Shown: piece after piece, positions 54,385 to 63,479 of the stretch
Layout of the letters: every line of letters begins with the position of its first letter
How positions within the stretch are numbered: position 1 is the first letter of the stretch
DNA from: Octopus bimaculoides
Taxonomy: Eukaryota
Reading direction: 5' to 3'
Assembly: GCF_001194135.2 (NCBI RefSeq)
Contig: NC_068981.1
Location: 66,450,404-66,513,882 of the forward strand
DNA: 63,479 nt
Translations under genes and position numbers: made by a program
The notes under the pieces: generated by a model
The model's input: the letters and a program-made list of their open reading frames with translations, nothing else
Databases searched by the model: none
Told to the model about the DNA's origin: nothing

Positions 54385-54640
54385 CACCACATACTGTGCT
54401 CTCTTGTCAGCTCTTTCATGGCAGTCCAGCATCCCAATATTAGATTTTATCACATCTTCCTCTTCTGCAGGATGCTACTTGGACAACTTAATACTTCTGT
54501 CCTCCTACATATGCATCACATGCATGCTGACATTACACATTCAATATAGAAAGCTTGTATCAGTTTCTCTGCAGTCTTCACACATCTTCTACATTCAGTT
54601 TCTTTGTCTCTCTACTACGCAATATTGCACTTCACACACA
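54385..54640 (-). mobile_element. Decayed RTE C-terminal fragment
   Basis: Similar by eye to 12880-13080 (catgctgacattacacattc...). Confidence 0.5.
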
Positions 54641-54699
54641 TGAAGTAGTATCAAAAGGTTCCCAGACTAGCACTTGCTTTTAATGTTTCAGAAAAGAAA

Positions 54700-56335
54700 G
54701 AGGCTTGGAGAAGCTATTATGAAAGACTGCTAAACGTGGAGAACGAATGGGAGGAGGAGAGCCTGCCAAATGTTGACCCAGTAGAGGGACCAGCTATCCA
54801 AATAGATAGCTCCCTTGTAGATAAAGCAATTAAGGGTATGAAGGCAGGAAAAGCCCCTGGTCCATCAGGAATCACTGCTGAGATGCTTAAAATATCTGGT
54901 GGTGTGGACTATGGCTTAGTCACCCACATTGTAAACCAGATAGTTCATGATGGAGTCATACCCAATGACTGGCGTAGCAGCACCATAGTCAACTGCTACA
55001 AGGGTAAAGGTGATGCTCTAGATAGAAATAACTACAGGAGTATCAAACTGCTGGATCAGGTGATGAAGGTCACAGAGAGGGTCATAGCCCATCTCATTAG
55101 GGAGAGAGTCTGCTTAGATGAGATGCAGTTCGGTTTTGTGCCAAGTAGAAGCACCACTGATGCCATGTTCCTGGTTTGACAACTGCAGGAGAAATACCTA
55201 GCTAAAGATAAACCCCTATACTTAGCTTTTGTGGACTTGGAGAAAGCCTTTGACAGGGTCCCCCGATCCCTTATCTGGTGGGCGATGCAGAAACTGGGGA
55301 TTGACGAATGGTTAATAAAGGCTGTACAGGCCCTATACAGAGAGGCCGTTAGTAAGGTTAGGATTGGCAATGAGTATAGTGAAGAATTCCAGGTAGAAGT
55401 AGGGGTCCACCAAGGTTCAGCCCTCAGTCCCCTTTTATTCATCATAATTCTCCAGGCAATAACAGAGGAATTCAAGATTGGTTGCCCCTGGGATCTCTTC
55501 TATGCTGATGACGTGGCCCTCATTGCAGAATCACTACCAGAACTAGAAAAGAAATTTCAGGTGTGGAAGCAAGGTTTAGAATCAAAAGGCCTTAGAGTCA
55601 ATGTAGCAAAGACCAAAGTTCTAGTAAGTAGGAAGGCGAACACATCACACACACCCTCAGGTAGGTGGCCCTGCTCTATCAGTAGAAGAGGTGTAGGTAG
55701 AAACTCTGTAAGATGTACCCAGTGTAAGCTATGGACACATAAGAGGTGCAGCAACATCAAAGGAAAATTAACCGAGAAGACAGCTTTCGTGTGCAGCAGA
55801 TGCACAGGGGGCAATAAACACCACAGGTGCACAGAAAACAGATTCCATCACATGCCAGGGGGAGAATCTAGAAGTAGTTGACAGCTTCCGTTACCTAGGT
55901 GACCAAGTCTGTAGTGGGGGTGGATGCTCAGAGAGTGTTACCATTAGAATAAGAATAGCCTGGGCAAAGTTCAGAAAGCTTCTACTCCTACTGGTGTCAA
56001 AGGGCCTCTCGCTTAGAGTGAAAGGTAGATTGTATGATGCATGTGTGCGAACTGCCATGCTTCACGGCAGTGAAACATGGGCTGTGATTCCAGAGGACAT
56101 GCATAGGCTTGAAAGAAATGAAGCTAGTATGACCTGCTGGATGTGTAAGGTCAGTGTGCCCACACAACAGAGAAATAAGAAGCATAGGATGTGGCGTGCA
56201 AGAGAGATATTTGTGCTGGTATGGTCATGTACTACAGATAGATGACCTTCGAACGTTGAGCCTCACAGAGGCAATGACGAAAGACCAAGACCTCCGGAGA
56301 GATGCTGCGACTGCGAAGACCCGGCAAATAAAATG
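54700..56335 (+). mobile_element. RTE-clade LINE reverse-transcriptase region (non-functional copy)
   Basis: KAPGPSGIT, NYRSIKLL, QFGFVPSRSTTDA, FVDLEKAFDRV, GVHQGSALSPLLF, LFYADD, GLRVNVAKTKV, VDSFRYLG, HGSETW. In-frame TGA at 55177-55179 and downstream frameshifts. Confidence 0.95.
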
Positions 56336-56765
56336 AGTTCACGGCTGTATCCTACACCAGTTTCGCATAACCAGCCCCAGCCCATTCAAAAGTACCTTGG
56401 ATCGTAGGGCAACCTGCCGTGCTTGAGGAGACCTATTGAGTCAAGTACATCAATATCAAAATGAAAATCAAATGGAAATTGTAGTTGTGATACCCATGCC
56501 AGTGGCACATAAAAAGCACCATCCAAACATGGCTGATGCCAGTGCTGCCTTGACTGGCTTCTGTGCCGGTGGCATGTAAAAAGCACCAACCGATCGTGGC
56601 CGTTGCCAGCCTCGTTTGGGTACGTAAAAAGCACCCACTACACTCATGGAGTGGTTGGCATTAGGAAGGGCATCCAGCTGTAGAAACACTACCAGATCAG
56701 ATTGGAGCCTGGTGCAGCTTCCTGGCTTCCCAGACCCCAGTCAAACCGTCCAACCCATGCTAGCA
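56336..56765 (+). mobile_element. 3' UTR of the 54.7-kb RTE copy
   Basis: Follows ...KTRQIK*; contains gccagt/actggc repeat units and the RTE tail up to cccatgctagc. Confidence 0.75.
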
Positions 56766-56769
56766 TTGA

Positions 56770-58395
56770 CCACATTTGGATAGTGCTTTTTACATGTCAC
56801 CAGCACGGGGAGCCAGTCAAGCGGCACTGGCAATGACCCATGCATGAATGGTGCTTATTGTGTGCCACCAGCACAGGAGCCAGTCAGGCCACTCTGGCAT
56901 AGGCCACAACTACAATTTCCATTTGATTGTGATTTGATTTGATTGACTCAATAGGTCTCCTCAAGCACAGCATGTCACCCGGCGATTCAAAAGTACTTTT
57001 TAAATGGACTGGTTATGCGACACTGGTGTAGGCTATGGCCGAGATCTCCTCAATCACAGCATATCTCCTCATCCATACGCAGCACATGACTAGCGCAGTT
57101 GTCTCTCTTGCACACCACATCTGATGCTTCTAGTGTCCAACATTTCTCTCAGGGTGCTTACACTGTCGTGTGTGCACACTGACATTACACATCCAGCGGA
57201 TCATACTAGCTTCATTTCTTTCAAGCCTACACAGGTATTTAGCAGTCACAACCCATATTTCACTACCGTGTAGCATGGCAGTTCACACACATGCATCATA
57301 CAATCTACCTTTCACGCTGAGCAAGGCCCTTTGTCACCAGTAGAGGTAGGAGCTTTCTAAACTTTGCCCAGGCTATTCTTATTCTAGTGGTAACACTCTC
57401 TGAGCATCCACCCCCACTACTAACTTGGTCACCTAGGTAGCAGAAGCTATCAACTACTTTTAGTTTCTCCCCTGGAATGAGATGGAATCAATTTTCTGAA
57501 CATCTGGGTGTTTATTGCATCTGCAGCAAGCAAAAGCTATCTTCCTGGTTAACCTTCCTTTGATGTTGTTACACCTCTTATGTGTCCATAGCTTACACTG
57601 GGTACATCTTATAAAGTTTCTACCAACAACTCTTCTACAGATCGAGTGGGGCCATCTACCTGAAGGGGTTTGTGATGTATTCACCTTCCTACTTACTAGG
57701 ACTTTGGTTTTTGCAACATTTATTCTAAGGCCCTTCGATTCTAAACCTTATTTCCACACCTGAAATTTCTTCTCTAGTTCTGGTAGCGATTCTGCAATGA
57801 GAGCAAGGTCATCAGCATAGAGGAGCTCCCAGGAGCAACCTGTCTTGAATTCCTCTGTTATTGCCTGGAGGACTATAATGAATAAGAGGGGGCTGAGGGC
57901 TGGTCCTTGGTGAACCCCACTTCTACCCAAAATTCTTCACTATACTCATTGCCACCCTTACCTTATTAACAGCATTCCTGTACAGGGCCTGTGCAGCTCT
58001 TATTAACTTGTCAATCCCCAATTTTCGTATTGCCTACCAGATAAGGGATCGGGGGATCCTGTCAAAGACTTTCTCCTAGTCAACAAAAGCCAAGTAGAGG
58101 TTTATCTTTGACTAAGCATTTCTCCTGCAGTTACTGTACCAAGAATATAGCATCAGTGGTGCTTCTGCCTGGCACAAGATCATACTGTATCCCATCTAAA
58201 CAGACTCTCTCCCTAATTAGTTGGGTTATGACCCTCTCCGTGACCTTCATCACCTGATTCAGCAGTTTGATACCCCTGTAGTTACTTCTATGAAAAGCAT
58301 CACCTTTACCTTTATAGCAGTTGACTAAGGTGTTGCTACGCCAGTCATTGGGTATGACTCCTTCATGAACTTCCTAGTTTACAATACGGGTGACT
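56770..58395 (-). mobile_element. Second RTE LINE RT fragment plus 3' UTR piece, inverted relative to 54700-56765
   Basis: Minus ORFs: GVHQGPALSPLLFIIVLQAITEEFKTGCSWELLYADDLAL and CTQCKLWTHKRC. Ends upstream near IPNDWRSNTLVNCYKGK. Disrupted. Confidence 0.92.
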
Positions 58396-58692
58396 CTTTG
58401 TATAACATTGTTTCTATTATTTATACATAATTATAAGTATATATAATGGCATTGACTAAGCTTTAAAAAAATTGCTGAATTTTGCTGACCTCTCAGATTG
58501 TAAAAACTGCATCTAAGTTGTTGCTACAATCTATTAAAATCATGAACAAGGTGATATTTTTGAGTGAACACCATACATTCCTAGTCAACTATCAGTAACA
58601 AAAAGAGGGAGACTATGTAGTTGCTAAAACAGCAACTAGATTTCAAAGAAATACAACATCCTACCATTAAAATAAAGAATGTATTAGATAAA

Positions 58693-59383
58693 TCATCATA
58701 TCATCATCATCATCGTTTAACGTCCGCTTTCCATGCTAGTATGGGTTGGACAATTTGACTGAGGACTGGTGAAACCGGATGGCAACACCAGGCTCCAGTC
58801 TAATTTGGCAGAGTTTCTACAGCTGGATGCCCTTCCTAACGCCAACCACTCAGAGAGTGTAGTGGGTGCTTTTACGTGTCACCCGCACGAAAATGGCCAC
58901 GCTCGAAATGGTGTCTTTTATGTGCCACCCGCACAAGCCAGTCCAGGGGCACTGGCAACGATCTCGCTCGAAAATCCTACGGGAGCCAGTCAGGCGGTAC
59001 TGGCAACGGCCACGCTCAAAATGGTGCATCTCATGTGCCACCCGCACAAGAACCAGTCCAGGGGCACTGGCAACGATCTTACTTGGCTTGCCGGGTCTTC
59101 TCACGCACAGCACATTTCCAAAGGTCTCGGTCAGTAGTCATCGCCTCGGTGAGGCCCAATGTACGAAGGTCTTGCCTCACCACCTCAGCCCAGGTGATCC
59201 TGGGCCTACCTCTTCCACGGATTCCCTCAACTGTTAGGGTGTGGCACTTTTTCACGCAGCTATCCTCATCCATTCTCACCACATGTCCATACCAGCGCAA
59301 TCGTCTCTCTTGCACACCACAACTGATGCTTCTAATGTTCAGCTTTTCTCTCAAGATACTTACACTCTGACGGGTATTCACAT
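58693..59383 (-). mobile_element. 5'-truncated young RTE LINE (ORF end, complete 3' UTR and tail)
   Basis: RLRWYGHVVRMDEDSCVKKC...GRGRPRITWAEVV...REKTRQAK*; nearly identical to 1-228 and 12830-13060. Confidence 0.92.
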
Positions 59384-59385
59384 TA

Positions 59386-59585
59386 TTATCATTTAACCTG
59401 TCTTCCATGCTGATATGGGTTGGACAGTCTGACAAGAGCTGAACAACTGGAGAGCTGCAAAGGCTCCAATTGTCTGTTTTGGCAAGATTTGTATGGCTGG
59501 ATGTCCCTCCTAATGCCAACCACTTCACAGAGTGTACCGAGTGCTTCTTACAAGACAATGGCATGGACACTTTTACATGGTACAA
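59386..59585 (-). mobile_element. Older RTE-tail copy abutting the young insertion
   Basis: atcatttaacctgtcttccatgc...gccaaccacttcacagagtg. Confidence 0.65.
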
Positions 59586-60964
59586 GTACATAATCTTTGG
59601 TACGTTATGTCTGAGAAAACATGGGATGATTAGCCATAAAAACCAAAGTGTTCAAACAAAAACCCTCGCTGGGAGGGTACAAACGTGGCTCTGAAGTTTA
59701 AAAAAAATGTATGTTGCATAGCTGTATGGTCTCAGGTTCAAGCTTACTATATGGCTTTTTCTACGAGAGTCATTGGTCAACCAAAGCCTAGTGAGTGGAA
59801 TTTGGCAGACAGAAACAGTAAGGATACTGGTCAGTGAGACTGTTCTTGTTTCAACATCATAGACTTAATTTGTAACCTGGTTTAACAATCCTATCTAGCC
59901 CATGGATGCCTTTAGCAGATTTTTGAGCTGTAGGGGTATCTAATTCGTTCCTAAAACCTGTTCTTCCTTTCTGCAGTCTTTGTCTTTTCTGGTTCTTTCT
60001 CCTGTTCTTGCTGTTGTTTAACCCAGGTCAGACAATCATGGAACACATTCCAGTCATAACCATTTCTTTTTGGCATAACTTAGACTACACTGTCTAATGT
60101 GTCTTATTTTTAAGACAATAATATGATGTGAGGGAATTTGGTTGCTATTTCTAGCAGATTAAATGACTTCATAAAGTTCCCACTAGGTGTTCATGGTAAA
60201 CCCACTCTGCTATGTGTTTTTTTGACATTCACACTTGCTGAAATATAGTAAAGGATAATCAAACACCAATTAAATATTCCAGTTTAATCGATTTAACAAG
60301 GGATTAGAATTATAATTGATTTGTTTATTTAATAATAAAACAAATGAATAATTTTGGTTATGACACACAATAGCTGAGAGGTTAATGATCTAACTTCCTT
60401 ATTTTAAACACTATTATAACCATTATGCTGATTCTGTTAGCCTTAGGTTCCATTAGCAGTATTGTAATGGGGGCAACTGCTCAAACAAAATCCCTAACTA
60501 AAGAACACAAACATGGTTGTGTTGTCAAAAGGTTTCTATTTCAACTGCGTGATTTCAGGGTCAATTCTACTCTGCAGCTCCTTAAACATGTACCTTCTAT
60601 TATAGCCTCAGGTGGAGGAGGGCAAATAAAGGGTTGCAAATGAAATTCACAAGTTGGAAATTGTACAATAGGACTATTGGTGTTTAAAGATTGTAGACTT
60701 CATCTATAACTTGGTTTAACATTCCTACCTATCTTTAGCAGACAACACTGTTACACACCTTTGATCCAGGGCTCTGGTTTGAGAACTTTCTCCCAATTCC
60801 TTACCTCCAGTATCAGAGGCCCTGAAAAATGTCATGGGAGCTGCTCTTATTTCCTTGAATAAGCTGCTTAAGAAAAAAAAATATTCATACTAACACAGAA
60901 AAATAATTAAAAACATGAGAAAATTTTACTCAAAAAAATAACAGCATCTTTCAGGGCACATATG

Positions 60965-61370
60965 TCATCACCATCATCATTTTAACATCTGCTTTTCCAT
61001 GTTTTTATGGGTCGGATGGAATTTGTTGAAGTAGACTTTTCACCAGCTGGATGCCTTTCCTGTTGTGAAACCTTACCTGTTTCCAAGCAAGGCAATATTT
61101 CCCTATAGCCAGGCGTGTTTTCACAGAATATTGCAAATGAATGACATTAGTTTATAACAATCCCATGAATGCCAAGACAAGTAGACACACACATGCATAT
61201 AATATGTATTACGCTTCTCTCAGTTTCCATCTACCAAATCCACTCACAAGGTTCTGATTGGCCTGGGGCTATAGTAGAAAGCAATTACCCAAAGTTCCAC
61301 AGTGAGACTGAACCTGAAACCATGTGGTTGGAAAACTAACTTCTTAACCACAAAGCCATGCCTGTCCCTA
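60965..61370 (-). mobile_element. SINE family B
   Basis: catcatcattttaacatctgcttttccatg body plus tRNA head at 61205-61370. Confidence 0.65.
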
Positions 61371-61800
61371 TATACGTTTAATTAAAATTACATGTACCTA
61401 AATTATAGTGTTTCACCATTTCAGATACTTAAGAATAACAGGTTACTCAGCTTTCAACATAACACACAAAACCTCTACCATTAATGTATACCACGAGATG
61501 ATATATGGTTATGGTATCTGTGACAGTGAGCAGGAAGTTGATACTTTCTTTACAGTTGTTCTGACAACTCAGCCACCCCTGCCCCTGCCCGACTCTAAAT
61601 TCAATTCCTACTGAATCAATTTGGTCTTTCTATCTATTTATTCATGGAATAAGTAGCAAGATATACAGCAAGTTAATCATATTAAACAACTTGTCTGTCA
61701 CTCAACTCGGTCAATGCCATCACCATTATCATGGTTCAAGTATATACAACAACGAAAGAGAGGAGGCCTAGTTTGATGACTTGTATGATATGGTTTAGTG

Positions 61801-62108
61801 CAGTGGTTCCCAAAGTGGGGTGATAATGGGATGGTGAAAATNNNNNNNNNNNNNNNNNNNNNNNNNNNNNNNNNNNNNNNNNNNNNNNNNNNNNNNNNNN
61901 NNNNNNNNNNNNNNNNNNNNNNNNNNNGGGGGGGGGGGGGGGGGGTGATGGATATATAAAAAAAAATAGATTAATTAGGTTAAGTTTTATTTGTGAAATA
62001 CAGTTGTGAATTTGCTGCAGAAAGTGGTCTATGTTTGTGGTGATGAGTGAGGGGTGGGACGCCAGGAATGTGGCCTGGTTGCAGTCTGAAAAATTTTAGG
62101 AATCACTG
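61801..62108. mobile_element. hAT (Charlie-like) MITE with a perfect 8-bp TSD
   Basis: GTTTAGTG|cagtggttcccaaa ... tttaggaatcactg|GTTTAGTG (61793-61800 and 62109-62116). Contains an N gap. Confidence 0.85.
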
Positions 62109-62269
62109 GTTTAGTGCCTGCAATGTTCTGAGCTCAAAGCTCTTGAGCTGACATTTGATATACCCTGAACCTGCCAAATTGGTTTTCCTCTTCCTTAAAT
62201 TAATTGTGAAAATAATATCAATTATAATCCAAATCCCCCTCCTCTTCAGTTTTAACATTAATTATTATT

Positions 62270-62620
62270 ACTTTCTGACTATTTACAGAGTTCAAATCCT
62301 GCGAAAGTCAACTTTGCTTTCATCCTTCTGGGGTCGACGGTATCAACGAAACCTCTCCCCTCAAAACAGCTGGCCTTGCGTATATATTGAAAATCATTAT
62401 TATTAAAAATATTGACAACACCTGTAAGCAAAACACTGATTCTCAAGCTAACGAGGGTGTCTCTACATAGTCGCTCCACCTGCTAGAAATAGCAGCCAAA
62501 TCTCTTTCAAATAACACGATATTCTTTAAATAAAAAGGGTAACGTTCTTCATAAAACATTAGCTGAAAACAAAACAGGAGAGTCACCAATGAAACGTTTT
62601 TGATCATGGGGGTCTGCTCA
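62270..62620 (+). mobile_element. SINE of another family (gttcaaatcctgc...ttcatccttctggggtcga core)
   Basis: B-box-like gagttcaaatcc and a core shared with about 23270-23370 and 50930-51130. The ctgctagaaatagcagcc module is also seen near 4805, 44500 and 60140. Confidence 0.55.
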
Positions 62621-62709
62621 TTCAGGTTGACATAGGGCTAAACATCAACAACAATACAATGAAGAATTTAATTTAAGAGAAAAATATCAGAAATAAGATA
62701 TGTACATAC

Positions 62710-62755
62710 CTTCATTGGTGAATAAACTCCACAGTTTTGAAAAGAGAAAGCCCAT
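62710..62755 (-). CDS. ARL5: First coding exon of ADP-ribosylation factor-like 5 (ARL5/ARL5B-like small GTPase), 15 codons plus 1 nt
   Basis: Minus strand reads ATG GGC TTT CTC TTT TCA AAA CTG TGG AGT TTA TTC ACC AAT GAA G|GTATGT = MGFLFSKLWSLFTNE followed by a good phase-1 donor. Closely matches the ARL5B N-terminus as I recall it (MGLIFAKLWSLFCNQE), including the Gly2 myristoylation site and amphipathic helix. Too short for the ORF track. Confidence 0.88.
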
Positions 62756-63479
62756 GTCAAAAGATAGTCCAGACTATGGTCGGGACTGAAACAAGGACCA
62801 AACTCTTAAGGAAGGGCTTAACAGGTGCCTAATAGGCAACGTTTTTTCAGTATATTTCAAATTAAATTGCTATTCTTTTTTTATTCCTCCTTTCCTTTCA
62901 TTTTTTCAACTGTTAATAATTTATAGTATTTTCTGGTTAATGTAAGTATATTTTATTGTTTACTGTTTCATAAGAAAGGGTGTGTGATAATTTCTCAATG
63001 CTGAACGATTCTAAGAAAAACAAAAATTATTAGTTTACTTTCCTTTACACACTACCTAAACCACCCCTGTGAACCGATTCTATTTAAAAATGTTGAATAA
63101 ATTCTTTTCCCAATAATTCAACAATGGGAAAAGTCGTGTGAGTAATGACAAATAAGTCAACAAGTAAATACCATTATTTGTATTTTTTCAGTTCTTTATA
63201 TTTACACACTGACGTTGCTGGTTAGTGGTATTATAATTATATTGTTATTTCTACAGCTACCGCTTATGTGAGAATTACCCCATGAGGTGGAAATACCCAA
63301 CGGACAAATAGCAGAGGTTATTTATAAAAATATCCATGAAAATGTGTTTCTATCATAGATACAAAAGTCAGTGCAGATACGTGTATTTCATTCCCAACAT
63401 CAAATATCGCTTGTGTATATACGTGTATATACGTATGTATCTGTGTTTTATATATTCAAATATCAAAAGCATATACACA

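Noticed and set aside
55056-55475. 139-aa minus-strand ORF and similar antisense ORFs over RTE copies
   Set aside because: These are shadow ORFs on the strand opposite the RT coding sequence.
62930-62950. Plus-strand GTAAGT near the ARL5 5' region suggesting a divergent transcript
   Set aside because: Isolated motif with a poor exonic context (AAT|GT) and no supporting exon or promoter evidence.

Overview
AT-rich, repeat-dense eukaryotic genomic DNA with several N gaps. The repeat families (RTE-clade LINEs with (GAT)n tails, tRNA-head SINEs with a central (TA)/(TG) tract) resemble an octopus/coleoid cephalopod genome; this taxon call is inference. The only host coding sequence I can identify firmly is the 46-nt first coding exon of ARL5 (ADP-ribosylation factor-like 5, MGFLFSKLWSLFTNE) on the minus strand at 62755-62710. 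I could not find ARL5 exon 2 (GLDNAGKTT), so the rest of the window is probably one intron of more than 62 kb, unless that exon lies in an N gap. This region holds decayed and young RTE LINE pieces, a Tigger/pogo transposase relic, a CRE-like (restriction-like endonuclease) retroelement fragment, hAT/mariner/piggyBac-type MITEs, SINEs, microsatellites and Penelope-type repeats carrying minimal hammerhead-ribozyme motifs. The items most worth follow-up are a candidate frame-preserving 24-nt ARL5 microexon, inverted hammerhead-bearing repeats, a perfect 28-bp hairpin, a palindrome-of-palindromes MITE doublet, a 21-bp inverted repeat caging an exon-like sequence, and a roughly 1.2-kb inverted RTE pair. 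None is proven novel. No prokaryotic-type systems or CRISPR arrays were seen. Most repeat boundaries are approximate (read by eye).
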